From the NCBI GenBank assembly GCA_964016885.1, contig OZ024742.1:41726001-41790000 (forward strand): a stretch of 64,000 nt of DNA, written 5' to 3'. Shown piece after piece: positions 1-14,301 of the stretch. The stretch comes from Eledone cirrhosa (Eukaryota). The notes beneath the pieces are model-generated. The model saw only the letters and a program-made list of their open reading frames with translations, was not told the DNA's origin and searched no databases. A program made the position numbers and the translations under genes. Numbering within the stretch: position 1 is the stretch's first letter; the number at the start of each line of letters is the position of its first letter.

Positions 1-138
1 GCTCATTAACTCACTATCTCCCACAGTGTCTTGGTTTGCCTCAAAACTTTTAGAGGGAAAGACCAACATTTCTGATACATTTTATTGATTTGTTCCATCT
101 GAAAATCGACTTTATATAATTTAATTGAAATAAAATAT

Positions 139-459
139 CATCATCACCGTTTTACGTCCGTTCTTCCACGCTAGCATGGGTTAGACGGGTTGTCCTGTTG
201 TGGGCAGTGTCTGGTCGGCTGACCATGCCTTGCTCATACAGGAACTGATTTGGCTTGATTTCTACAGCTGGATACCCTTCCTAACACCAACCTCATTTAC
301 AGTGAGTGCTGGGTGCTTTTTCGTGGCGCCTACACGTCCACTTTACAGTGTGGGCTGGGTGCTTTTTTGCCATGGCACCTCCACGACCACCTTGCAGTGG
401 GAGCATATTGTCTATATGCTTCAGCTTGTACCCATGGGAGGTCGGGTACTCTGTATTAC
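139..459 (-). mobile_element. 5'-truncated 3' end of the RTE LINE subfamily with SINE-like 3' UTR
   Basis: Reverse complement nearly matches 54835-55170; (CAT)n tail at 139; candidate TSD aaaatat at 132-138 and 460-466. Confidence 0.85.
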
Positions 460-577
460 AAAATATATTGACATAATTAGTTTATTGAATACATGTAGTA
501 GATTGTGTGAATTCATTATCAAAGAAAATATTTAAAATTATTTCACTGAAGATAAACTCTTATTATTAAATTGTCTT

Positions 578-758
578 GGATTGGCAGTATCGGTAGAGGG
601 TCAGACACCATGCTTTGACGCATAGAGTTACGGCCCTTTGCGGTTTGAGTTCAAATCCCGCCGAGGTTAACTTTGCCTTTCATCCTTACGGGGTTGATAA
701 AATAAAGTACCAGTAATGCACTGAGATAATTGCTGGACTTGTGCCAACAGTAGAAACA
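578..758 (+). mobile_element. tRNA-derived SINE, family A
   Basis: A-box-like tggcagtatcggtag, B-box gagttcaaatccc, body gcctttcatccttacggggttgataaaataaagtaccag; TSD attattaaattgtctt at 562-577 and 759-774. Confidence 0.9.
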
Positions 759-1124
759 ATTATTAAATTGTCTTTCTTCTATATCACACTCAATAATATA
801 ACATCAGTTATCACACCTCTTTTATTGAAATTATATTAAATAATAAATTTCTAGTTCTAGACTTACAATGATATTCTAAAACCTTCTAACTGTAAACTGT
901 CTATAATATTAAATATCTTTAAGTCGTTTGGAAGCCTCGACAATGCAAATGGGTAAATCTCCGGGTAACAAGGTCCGGTGGTGGAGAGAGATGTAAGTGG
1001 GTGTACGTTGAGATGCGTGGTGTGTATAATATGTGTGAGATGTGTAGAATGAAGGGAAGAGTATAAAGGATAAAAATAAAAATAACAACACAAGAGAGAG
1101 TTACCTTGGGAGAGATTTAATAGT

Positions 1125-1160
1125 CCCTATATATTTCGGATTCACATCCATCAACTGGGG
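1125..1160 (-). ncRNA. Degenerate minimal type I hammerhead ribozyme in a probable Penelope-like relic (~860-1750)
   Basis: Minus strand ccc-cagttga-t-ggat-gtga-atcc-gaaa-tata-ta-ggg: stems I, II and palindromic III intact, core differs from CTGATGA at two positions. Confidence 0.55.
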
Positions 1161-1364
1161 TTTTTTTCCAGGGTGGGGGAAAAGGTTGTCTGTCGGACAA
1201 CTCAGAACACGTCTTTCGCTGTTTGTTGATTTGAATATCTGAGGTATTCGGCCGAGCGCGCGTGCGCGTTAAATGGAGTCGGTCGTACAGAGATCAGCGG
1301 CCGAATGAGGGAGTGGGATGGCGCTAGCTGTCAGTCCATTCTCTGCCTGTTTGTTAAATGTAAC

Positions 1365-1540
1365 TGTGTGTGTGCGTGTGTTGTTGTCTCGCTTGAGTGT
1401 GTGTGTGTGTGTTGTTGCCTTGTTCATCTGTATTGGCAGTGTAGTATGTTCGTATGGTGGAATGCTACTGTGTGTGTGTGCGTGTGTGTGTGTAGTTGTC
1501 TCGTTTGCGTGTGTGTGTGCGTGTGTTGTGTGTTGTTGCA
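1365..1540. repeat. Interrupted (GT)n low-complexity tract
   Basis: Multiple GT runs; explains the spurious Cys/Val and His/Thr ORFs. Confidence 0.9.
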
Positions 1541-2700
1541 TCGCTTGTTAACTTAAACCAGCCATTTCATTTCGCTTCTCTCTGATCAGTTGTTTATTTG
1601 CGGTTGCAGTCGTTTGATAAAAAGCGCTTCCTTGATACGTAACGTGCCGACGTTTCTTTCAGTCGCTAGAATTGTGACAATGGGCCTTCCGTCTTTGTTT
1701 CCGCATTGTCTATAATATTTTATTTATTCAACATTACCTGACACTTGTTCTTTACTCATTTTTTCTACCACTTTCAAATCTGTCACTTACCTCTGATAAC
1801 CATATCTACCTCAAATTCCACCATTACATTATATACAGCTTAACTGAGGTCTTGCTCCAATAGTACACTAAATCATTGATTTATAGTATGTTATCTTGTT
1901 CAGTGTTCTGTTCTGCAATAATTCTCTATCTAATTATATGTTTCTAATTCTATTTAGAGGTATCTTTCAAATTCCACATCCTCCATTTCCATGTCTCAAC
2001 TTAGGAATTTTATATATTTATTTTGTTTTCATATTCTGTGACATTTTTAATGCAATAATTTACAAGAGAGCGTCTTTCAATTAAATTTACACTTTTACAG
2101 CAAATCATCCTTATCTAAACACACAGTTATAACTGCAGGAATAAATAATTAAATAGCCTTTCGAGATTATTTATTTCAATTTTAATCCAAAGCCATAAAG
2201 CTACATCAGTCACAAAACCCAACTGTCAACTGTTCATAACATCAAAATAGTGACAAATGTCTGCGTAACCACACTGAGTATTGAAGTTAATTCAAAGTAA
2301 ATCAGTGCAGATCACAAATTTATATAACATTTAATAATATATTATTACAACACTTCATTTGTTATTTGCACTAACTTTCTACCAGATAAATGGTAACATT
2401 GACACATGTAAATCGCCATTCAGTTCCATTACCATGTAGAATATTCTGGAATGAAAGTTAAAGAAAATCTCTAACTTATGTTTGTCTGAGATGAAACAAC
2501 AAACATAAATTACAGTTTGCATCAATTTTCTGTCATGCTCTAGAAATTTTTATTGTCTCAGCTGTATCACAAGAATTCCATTGTGACTTCATCAAGTAAT
2601 ACTTTGTGCAAATTGTTCCAAATAATTCTATTTCAGCACCTTAACCTTGCTATCACCTGTCCTTACTGAAGTATTAGATGGAGTTAGTGAAAGTGTGTAG

Positions 2701-4187
<1,487 letters not shown>

Positions 4188-5454
4188 TCAGTTTTCTAAA
4201 CAAAGGATAGTTTGTAGTAGTTGTTTAACTGAATTTTAAAGTATTGAAATTTTGAGTTTGTCGGATGTACGTTTTAATTAAATACAGCATTATACCGTGT
4301 GGAAGTCTTTTTACTGATGTCAAAGTCATGATTTCTGCAGTGCATCTTTTCATGTCTCATGAGATATGTCACTAGGTCCAGACTTTATCTCATCACTTCT
4401 TATATAACCTCAATTTAAATTTCACAGCAAATTAATCAATATTACATAGAACAGCTATGTTCTTGATAATGTCAGTTTTCTGGTTTCAAAATCAGACACA
4501 TTTCTTGATATATCATGAATCAACAATTAGCATTTCAATGTCACCACAAACCCTGAAATAAATTTAAAAAAATATGAAGTAGAAATGATCAGATCAATGA
4601 CGGAATATATTTGGAACGTATCAACAGAATAAGGGTGGTGCTTGGAAAACATATGGATGGAATAGATTCTGTTGTGTGCTAGGATTTAAAATGAAAAAGA
4701 ATTACATTTACAAGACCCACCCATGTAGGTTTATCTGGCCTCTTACAAGGTTGTATTGAATATTTTAATGATAGGGACCACAATCCTATGACACAAAGTA
4801 ACGTGAAATGAAATGAATCACGGCCGTGAGTCCAACACCCTAACCACTAGGCCACTCGCCTTCATAATCAGACATTCAGAGACGAGATGTTACCACTATT
4901 AGTAATAGTTATGATATACAATACGTGTTTACTGCTCTCTTATGTTTTTATATTTCGTTAAAGTGAATATAATTGAACAAACTAAAGACAAGATAAATCT
5001 GTGTGTGCGTAGAGACATTGTCAAAGGATGATAAAAATACTAGGATATGAAGACTAACTACAAACTGATTTGGTTGAAATGAGACTTAGTTGACAAACAG
5101 AGAATAACAATAGAGGGGAACATTAGGACAATATGTCACAATTAATAACAAATAGATCAATATTACCATGAGTAGCGGTGGTAAATAGTTTATAAAATCC
5201 AACAATACTGATGTTTAATGTAAAGAACAGCTCACCATCAATATATACTGTGGGTTGTTTACACTAAAAATACTAAAACAACATATTTAACAACAGGTCA
5301 ACTTACTGTGTATTTTGCTCACTAATTAATGAAATATGGTCGAGAGATGAATAGATTTATGAATATTGATAGGCATAACATACTTATAAAACGAACTTCT
5401 CTGATAACACAGAATAAACCGATATAAATGCAGACATGATTAATGCAAAAAATC

Positions 5455-5474
5455 ACGCGCCGCACTTTCGTAGA
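5455..5474 (-). promoter_or_regulatory. Conserved upstream motif of ZNF-A
   Basis: Minus strand tctacgaaagtgcggcg; same motif precedes all five paralogs; candidate donor gtaagt at ~5305. Confidence 0.5.
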
Positions 5475-6129
5475 AGAGATTTTCTGCTTTATTCATTTTC
5501 CACTAACGTACGAAGAAAATCTTAAATGTATAATGTATTGTAAATATGCTATCGATGTTTTTTTGCGTAAATTATCCTAGATTTGTATATATTTACATCT
5601 CAGTCGTCGAGTCTACTTAAAATATAGTTTGTTTTCTTAACGATACGTTAAATTCCAGTTAACTGAGACTGCCTTAGTTTATTTTAAAGTATGCAAATTA
5701 TTACTATATCCCATATCTTCGTATGTGTTTTTCAATATTTAAAAACACTATTTTATCAACTGATTTAACAGGCTCCAGTTCGATTATGCTCGTTGCCGTA
5801 TTAACCTATTGCAGGACCCCTACATTGTCAATATTTCATCTCACTACAACAAAAAAAGAAACAAGATGTTGACAGGCCTCCAAGCTTCAGCTTAGTCAAC
5901 CTTAAGAGTAATACGGCCTTGGCTATGGTTCAATAAGACCGAACACATCTCTAGCTATCACCCTGCCTACTGACAATTTTGAGATTTTCCCTGAAGCCTG
6001 TAAATTATTTTTATGAAATTTATATTTGACATGTTATTTATATAAGCTTTATTTACAATTGTATAAATAACATTACAAATGGGAAAGAGGTAAAGAAGGA
6101 TAGAGCTGGCTGTGTGGCAAAGTAGAAGA

Positions 6130-6500
6130 AAGGACTAAGAAAAACCATAATGGAAGCGGAAAGAAGACAGGCGGCTGACGTTCCGATCTTGCAGAGGATC
6201 TCGGCAGTATGGGGTCCGAGGACGCCTGAGGTTTCGACGAGACAATCTCCGGTATTTGTTTGTTTTCCTTTCCTCTGCATTACGTGCCGCAGTACCAGAG
6301 TTTGTGGCCAAAGCAACTCAGTTGGAAGCAGAGAACATGTCACAAGATATGGCATCCCAAATGAGGGATCGACCTTCTTCGAATGAGAAGAAGGTAATTC
6401 CGTCGGGGCCTGCTAGCTCCAGTTGTGATGGGAAATCAGTTGCATCCAGGTTCCTTCTCAATATGTCGTTAAGACTTCCATCGGTTTCAACAGCTATTCA
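6130..6500 (-). mobile_element. CRE-like non-LTR retrotransposon fragment (restriction-like endonuclease domain)
   Basis: Minus translation LNDILRR...GPDGITFFSFEEGRSLIWDA...AEERKTNKY...VETSGVLG, a PD-D/E-xK RLE pattern; homologous to 36725-36900. Confidence 0.75.
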
Positions 6501-6509
6501 AGTTGTTTA

Positions 6510-7340
6510 ATCTATGTTTAGCAGAAAAGTTCTTTAAGATAATGATTTTTTTGTTGCGAGAAAGGATCCTTAATGAAGATTAGGTTGTAAGGCTGCGTGT
6601 TTAGGTTTCTTCGTGAGGAAAGGATCAAATCAACAAGCACAGCGAGGAAATATAAAAGGTTTATTTTTCTCCCTAAATTATTACAATTACTAAAAGAGTA
6701 AAAAGCTGCTGGCATGCCGCATAAGTAAGTTGAACGATAAAAAGTGTTGATGAATGTGAAGGGAGAATCTAGTCGAGCCCTTGCCGAGAGGACCAAAATT
6801 TCTTGGTAAGTTTTACATCTTTCCAGTTGCTCCAGGTAACGTCTTGTCTCTACGATTACATGTACACATTTAAGTTGTAGTGTTGGTGCCATGATAAAAT
6901 GCACGTTCTATGAGTTTATTTAACATTGAAAAACCCTAAACTCATACACGTTAAAGCAGATCTACCTCAGCCGTAATTTCATTTAAAAAAAAAAAAGGAT
7001 TTCTGCTTTGATTAGCTTCTTTTCCAAAGAAACGTAGTTATTAAAATGTCTTTTATATAACATATTTTCCATAAAAGTAAAGAATTGCTTAGGGTTGACG
7101 ATGTGGAGAGAAATGGGGCTGGATATTTTGCGGCGGTCTGTTTCTGTGTGATAAGTCAAAACAATGTGGTTGACGAAGGGAGATAAGTGAGTGACTATAG
7201 AGTTTAATGAAAAATGTGAATGTGCTATGTATAGTGTGAAGTGTGTATGTTCCAGGGAATAGATGAGTGTTGGTGTGAGATCATAATAGTGTGTGGTAGA
7301 TGAGGAGCATGAAGATAGCGTGGGGGTGGACACAAAATTC
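6510..7340 (-). mobile_element. Highly degenerate Penelope-like relic (tentative)
   Basis: YSFSNCNNLGRKI and QPYN...QQKNHY resemble the PLE RT-to-GIY-YIG linker and C-terminus; skewed AC-rich flank. Confidence 0.3.
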
Positions 7341-8479
7341 TATTTCAAACAAAATAATTACGTTTATTTTTTTTGTTTTGCAAGATTCTTGATGTGAAAT
7401 CGTGTGTTGAAACAATTATGTTAGGGGATGGTCACTTTGCTAATAAAAACCTGCATTATTCAATTTTCACTTTATTATTAACTAATAATATATTAAGTGA
7501 AAATCGAATAGTGTGTGTTTTTATTGGCAAAATGACCATCCAAAAATGTTTTTCTTGAAACAGTTTTAATAGACATAAAATGGTTACAATATTAGAGGTT
7601 ATGAAAATTTCAAGGTTTGTTTGGAGAAAGAAAAGCAATGATTGCTATATAATTGTCAGAGCACTAGAGTAAACGCCTTGTGATATTTGTACCTGCTCTT
7701 TATGCAGTCTTGTTATGGTCAACTTTGTCTTTCATCCTTTTGCATTCAATAAAAGGTGGGTTGCTGGAATTGTTTTGATCACTGAATGGGATGCCTTGTA
7801 TTTGTTCCAGAACCTTGTGTTTTTAGTTAAAACACACAAGAAACCTCCTCTCACTGGTAGCATGATAGGACCGGGGACCTTACCATTAAAACACTCATGA
7901 AACTTCCTGAGATGCAACGTCAAAGGCTGTCCTCTAAACCTGCAAAGGCGTGAGCTGTAAATTTCTATTTTTCATGACAAAGCTAAATCTGAAACAGTCT
8001 GTGTTTTGTTAAACTAAAATAAAGCCTGTATAAATAAGCTACACTTCTATTATATCTATTACATGTACACATCAAAAATATGCATTTGCATCAATTTTGA
8101 ATTAATTTAATATATTATCATTATCACAAAAACTTCATCATGTTTTCTTTCCATTAAAGTTTCTCACACATCATTCATAATAATATATATCTCAACAAAT
8201 ATATGAACGCCTCTGTAGTTTAGCAATAACTCGCTGGAAAACAGAACATATATTTATCTGTAAAACATAAGATACAGCAAATTCATCTATAAAAATTAGA
8301 ATAGATGTGTGGTAGTAAATGAGATTTAAATGGTTTAAAGTATATTACAAATCAGTCAACTGATGGCAAAAAGCCAAGCCAATGGTTTGGCATGCGACAT
8401 GGTATTTCTCCCATTTATCTACATTTAGTTCTACTATGGAATGTTTTGTTCAACATTATACAAACACTGTTTTCAACCA

Positions 8480-9545
8480 TTTCAACAGTGTTACCTAAAA
8501 TTTCATTATATCAACTGTTCCACAGAAATTCCATTGTGGCTTCATAAAGTCATAATTTGTACAACTTTAGACTAATTATGTTGTTTGTTTCATGAAACAT
8601 TTCCTTGTGATGAATCACACTTTTTTTCTCAGAGTAAAACATCCCACACATACTACAACTATGTACTCTCACCCATATTAACAGGTTTCTGTCAAATTAT
8701 ATGCCGATTATCAGGGAATGATTTATCACAACTAAATTGTCTTACACATGTCTGAACACAAATATATATTGTTAAATGACCTTTCTGAGTGTATGATTTC
8801 TCACCTGTGTGAACATGTATATATGTTGAATGAATATTCTGAGTGAATGTTTTACTACAGATATCACAGTGGTATGGTCTCTGTAATATCTGTGATCTTG
8901 TATGTGTGAACAGGTCTGTTACAAATTAAACTTTAGTTATCAGTATGTTTTACCATAAATATCACAAATTATCAAGAGACAGGGTACCCAAAGTGGTGAC
9001 CATTTTCTAAGTCAAAGTCTATTGAACCATCATTGGCACTTATGAACATTCAAAACACCATCACCATACAATTTTTTCACATTCAAAACACCATCACCAT
9101 ACAATTTTTTCACATTCATTACAGTAGTCATGGTATTGTTGCTTTCTTTTTTGAACTTGTAAAGCATAACGTATCTTATGTGCTCTTCTGTGACTTCCAT
9201 TTTCATGAAGGATTATTAAAGCAACAAATTAAAACTTATGAGTCTGCAAGCCAGAAACCATCTGATTGAAGCTTTTCTTTCTCCTCAGTATTTATACATC
9301 TGTAGAAAAATCTTGTTTAGACATGCTGGAACATGTTTTAACAAGTACAGTGGGAAAAACGAAATTACTTATGGGATGACCTAATATAGCCTCAATTCAA
9401 ATCTCACACCAATTTCTTTAATGTTATAATGAACAGTTATTTGTGGTCTTGATAATGTCAGTCATCTAGTTTCAAAATCTAACAAATTTCTTGATATATC
9501 TTGAATTAATAATTACTATATCAATGTTACCACAAACCCTGAAAT
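8480..9545 (-). pseudogene. ZNF-B pseudogene (finger remnants and exon-2 acceptor)
   Basis: Finger-coding remnants 8560-8970 align to the 3' fingers of ZNF-A and ZNF-C but are broken; shared acceptor tttcag|ggtttgtgg at ~9540; upstream motif at 14282-14301. Confidence 0.8.
8975..9370 (-). mobile_element. mariner transposase N-terminal relic inserted in ZNF-B
   Basis: Minus translation MEVTEEHIRYVMLYKFKK...KCQ*WFNR..FDLENGHHFGYP resembles the mariner HTH; internal 33-bp tandem duplication ~9047-9115. Confidence 0.7.
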
Positions 9546-10520
9546 AAAAAATATATGGTGGAAATGATAATGAACAGTTAACATGAAGATTATTAGAGAG
9601 GCAGGACTTAACTAGAGACATTGAATGTTAGATTAAGAAAGATCAGAAAATATCTACAGAGGAACGACACATTATGGATATGTAGTGTAAATATATGATG
9701 TGATGTGTGGATGATGGACTTTAAAAAAGAAATAATAATGGAATGCACTAATGGAGAAAGCATATTAGAATGCATTTAGTGGGATTATGTATGATTAGTT
9801 ATGATAATTTCATTACATACATTGTTATATGTTACTGTACATAATGTTAATATTACTGTTTTGGGTGCTTATGTATGATAGTCTTTATTTAAGCTGACAA
9901 CTAGTTCCATATAAAAGTTGGGTAAAATAACAATAAGGACCATCCCTGTATTACGTGGATGGCTGGTAAAGGAAAATATATAAACTATGAATAAATTTTC
10001 ATTTATTTTCTATTAGCAAATGCTTGATCATACATCATAGAATGTAAACAAACATTTTTACCATTAATTATTATCTATTATGTCTAATACGTTTTCACTG
10101 CTATTTGATGTTTTATTTTTCGTTAAAGTGAATATAATTAATACTAGCTGAATGACCCGGCGTTGCCCGTGTTCCTGCTGTTCTTAATCAGATTAGTAAA
10201 CAATAAATATGTAGATTTTTGTTTTTCTCATAATTATTTCAAAACATCTATATTTTATTTTAAATATCAAAATTGTAATAATAAAAGAATTTAGAAATGA
10301 AAATCTGTCAATCTTGAAGCAATATTCATTGCGTAATTTTTTGTGAGTATCCAAATGATTAAATTGTTGCTGCTTCCAACTTGTGAGCAACCAACATAGA
10401 GTTGACCATGGGAGAAACATGTAGTAGAGAGATCAAGTCCAACTACCTTGAGGAATTGACCCTGAGATTTGTTAAATGAAATAACAAAACTTAGTTTGAC
10501 TGGAAAGTGAAGCCCCTTAA

Positions 10521-10683
10521 TCCTTTGACATTTAAATTGGTTGTATCTGGCCAGAACTCTCTCACCTCTTTCTGTTCAAACCGGCTGTGACTGGCCGCTC
10601 ATCCAACATTAAAGTATTGTTCTCAAAATAAATGACATCAAAATCTCATAGATTCGATATTATGTGAGATAATTATGTAAGGT

Positions 10684-10714
<31 letters not shown>

Positions 10715-12789
10715 TACAGCCACTAAGAGAGAAGCTAAACGTCAGGTGTACTTAGCACGCAGGGAGGCAGAGAGTAGGTTTGCCTATGTTCTGCGACAGG
10801 AAGATCAGAGGCGTGCGGTGTTCCACATTGCAGCGGTGTTCCACATTGCATGGCAGTGTGTCAATGCAAATCAGGATGTTGTTGGAGATAAATGTGTCCG
10901 GGATGATGCCGGTGTACTTAGTGTCACGAATGATCAGAAAAAGGAGGCCTGGAAATGTCATTATGAGAGACTGATGAATGTGGAGAACGAATGGGAGAGA
11001 GAGAAATTACCCTTGGTGGATCCGACAGAGGGACCAGCTATTGAGATTGATGAATATAGGGTCCAAGAGGCGATTAGGGAAATGAAAAATGGTAAGGCTG
11101 CCGGACCATCGGGAATAGTTGCTGAGATGCTGAAGGCATCAGGGGACGTAGGCACTAAACTGGTTGCACGCATCATCAATCAGGCTATATATGGTGGTGT
11201 CATACCCAAAGACTGGTGCAGCAGTATTCTCATAAATTGCTACAAAGGTAAAGGGGATGCTTTGGAGAGGAGCAATTATAGGGGTATAAAACTGATAGAT
11301 CAGGTTATGAAAGTGGCAGAAAGGATTTTAGCACAACTAATTAGAGAAAGGGTCAAACTAGATGAGATGCAGTTTGGTTTTGTGCCTGGGAAGAGTACAA
11401 CAGATGCCCTCTTCTTGGTGAGACAATTGCAAGAGAGGTTCTTAGAGAAGAATAAGCCACTATACTTAGCCTTTGTTGACCTAGAGAAGGCCTTTGATAG
11501 GGTACCCCGATCTGTCATCTGGTGGTCCCTAAGGAAGCTAGGTGTTGAGGAATGGCTTGTGAGGACAGTGCAAACTTTGTACAGAGGTATTCTCAGTAAA
11601 GTCAGGGTGGGAATGGAGTTTAGTGAGGAATTCCAGATACAAGTAGGAGTACATCAGGGTTCGGTCCTCAGCCCGCTCTTGTTCATTATAGTCCTCCAAG
11701 CCATAACAGAGGAGTTTAAGACTGGCTGTCCATGGGAACTTCTCTATGCTGACAATCTGGTTCTTATAGCAGAATCAGTAGAGGAGCTAGAGAAGAAATT
11801 CTGGCTATGGAAACAGCAGTTGGAAGCAAGAGGACTGAGAGTGAATCTAGCTAAGACAAAAGTGTTGATGAGTAGAAAAGAGGACAAAACCCTGATTCCG
11901 TCAGGGAAATGGCCATGTTCGATATGCAGAAAAGGAACTGGCATAAATTCTATAAAATGCACACAATGCAGATCCTGGGTACACAAGAGATGTAGCGGGA
12001 TAGCAGGCAAACTAACAGGTAGGGAGAAATATGTATGCAGCAGATGTACAGGGAAATTAGACAGTAGAAGTTGCACTGATAGACACATTTTTCAAATGCA
12101 AGAGGGCGCTATAGAAGTGGTGGATAGCTTCCGGTACCTAGGAGATCAGATTAGCATGGGAGGAGGGTGTTCCGAGGCCATAGTATCTAGAATAAGGACG
12201 GGTTGGAAGAAGTTTAGGGAGCTGCTTCCTCTGTTGACGAAGAGGGGTTTCTCCCTGCGTACGAAAGGCCGGTTGTATGGTGCCTGTGTGAGGAGCGCGA
12301 TGCTGCATGGTAGTGAGACATGGGCAGCAACTGCAGAGGATATGTGACGACTGGAGAGAAATGAGGCAAGCATGCTCCGTTGGAAGTGCAGTGTAAATGT
12401 GCGTGAACGACCCAGCATAAATGTGTTGAGAGAGAAACTGTGTCTGAGAGGGATAGAATGTAGTGTACGGGAGAGGAGACTGAGGTGGTATGGACATGTG
12501 ATGCGCATGGAGGATGACCGATGGGTGAAGAAGTGCCAGGAAATGCCAGTTGAAGGAAGACGTGGTAGAGGTAGACCACGAAAAACATGGGCGGAGGTGG
12601 TGAGAACAGACCTCAGATCATTGAAGCTCACGGTGGAGATGACGAGGGACCGTGACGAGTGGAGAGATGCTGTGCTGAATAAGACCCGTCCCACCCTTGC
12701 AAGCAGGGAAAAGCGGACGTAAAATGATGATGATGATGAAAGCCTTTACAGTGAAAATATAATAGTATATATATAGAGTAATGTAAATG
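10521..12789 (+). mobile_element. piggyBac-type MITE split by an RTE insertion
   Basis: TTAA at 10517-10520 and 12790-12793; halves 10521-10686 and 12738-12789 join to match the intact copy at 53095-53301. Confidence 0.85.
10711..12738 (+). mobile_element. 5'-truncated RTE-clade LINE with PHD finger inside the RT; inactive
   Basis: RT motifs MQFGF, AFVDLEKAFDRV, GVHQGSVLSPLLF; catalytic YADD is YADN; stop at 12345-12347; RRLRWYGHV C-terminus; (ATG)n tail. Confidence 0.95.
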
Positions 12790-14281
12790 TTAAATTGAAA
12801 TGGATCATCTGTAGGTATGAGACGAATTCTTGGAATAAAAACAATTTCTCCTTTATAACTACTTGTTATGATTGTTGCCATGGGGCTTCATGGAAGTAAG
12901 AATTAAATGAATTCCGTTACACAGGCAAGGTGGGTCAAGATTCTTAAGCAACATAATGGGAGCACCCAGCTTTAGTGTGAAGTTATGCAGTGGCATCTCA
13001 GTGGGTTTAAGTGTTTAGAAATTCAACAGGATACTGGACAGCCTGATCTTGATCGACTGTTGAGTCAATTGATTGAAAAGTCATTTCTGATGTGTGTGTT
13101 AACTTTTGAAGAAGTTCATGAGTGAGTTTATCAATCATTTCATTAGTTGGAGCCAGTATAGCTCTTTCACATAGCCAGTTTACATCAGTGTAATTGACAA
13201 ATAAATTAGAAAATCCTTTATCCATAAGATCATTAAGAGAAAGTACCATTTGACCGCTTGTAATTTCATGTAGCTGAAGTCTTGGGTTGAATAATAATAT
13301 CCCATTACTAATCTTAAGAAGCTCCTCTGAAAATTCACCAGCTGTAAGATCACCCTGTAGATGTACTCCCATGTTGCTTGTAAGATGAAGTGTTTTCACG
13401 TGTCTCCAAAGGTACGATTAAAAAAAAATGCATTGACCTCATCAGCTTTTGTTCCTTTGGGGATAACTGGTAATGTTTGACGGAAATCTCCTGCAAGAAC
13501 TGTTACTCCTCCCATGAGCGTGTTGTTTTTTGTCTTGGAAAGTACGGTAAAGTGTCTCTAGAGCTCCACGATGTGACATAGTGCACCCATCCCAAACAAT
13601 GAGACAAGTTCGTTGTAGAATTGTTGCCATTGCTGAGTTTTGGAAATGTTGCCTATTTGAGATTCTTTCATTAAAAGGTTTAGAGGGAGCTTGGACATGG
13701 AATGAGCAGTTCTGCCTAATTGAGGAGGATAGCTGCAATACAAGAAGATGCAACAACTAAGGAAATTTGATTCTGCTGGCCGACTGTAGCAAGATGAAGA
13801 CCGCTACAAACGGATTTGGTTGAAATTAGACTCAACTGACAGAGAGAATAACAATGGAGGGGAACATTAGGACAATATGTCACAAATACTTCATTGTCAC
13901 CATGAATAGTGGTAGTAAATAGTTTATAAAATTCAACATTACTGGTGTTTACTTTTCAAATATAGATATAGATAATACTACCGCTTTTATTAAATAACGT
14001 TACAAATGGGAGTGGAAATATGAAGACAAATATAGATTAAAACAATATAAAGAACAGCTCATCATCAATACATACAGTAGGACATAGGAAATACTAAAAC
14101 AACATATTGAACAACAGATCGATTTTTGTGTGACTTTCTTACTATTCAATGAAATAATGTTGAGAAATGAATCGATCTGTAGATATTATCAGCTATAACA
14201 AAGTAACAGTTCTAATAGAATACAACAATAACGGCGTGCAAATTCAATTATATACTTTAATGTAAACCAAGTATGGAATCA

Positions 14282-14301
14282 TCAGCCGTATTTTCGTAAA
14301 A
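14282..14301 (-). promoter_or_regulatory. Conserved upstream motif of ZNF-B
   Basis: Minus strand ttttacgaaaatacggctga. Confidence 0.5.

Larger units (their letters stand above)
10144..13790 (-). mobile_element. Helitron fragment (Pif1-like helicase C-terminal half), interrupted
   Basis: 3' end hairpin cacgggcaacgccggg followed by CTAG|T at 10144; helicase motifs LIVWDGCTM, WLCERAILAPTN, YPVEFLN, FIPRIRLIP, FPVKLSF..NKSQGQ, FSHGQLYVGCS. Confidence 0.9.

Noticed and set aside
200-535. Repeated small ORFs WLDFYSWMPFLTPTSF... (also 33556, 52441, 54828, 62346)
   Set aside because: Antisense translations of the SINE-B/RTE 3' module, not a protein family.
1269-1556. His/Thr-rich and Cys/Val-rich ORFs
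   Set aside because: Translations of (GT)n microsatellite.
10684-10710. Poly(A) suggesting a processed pseudogene
   Set aside because: Lies at the 5' junction of an RTE within a MITE's A-run; no upstream mRNA-like sequence.
11744-12694. Long antisense ORFs in RTE copies (also 53625-54743)
   Set aside because: Typical shadows of LINE coding sequence; not conserved as one frame between copies.
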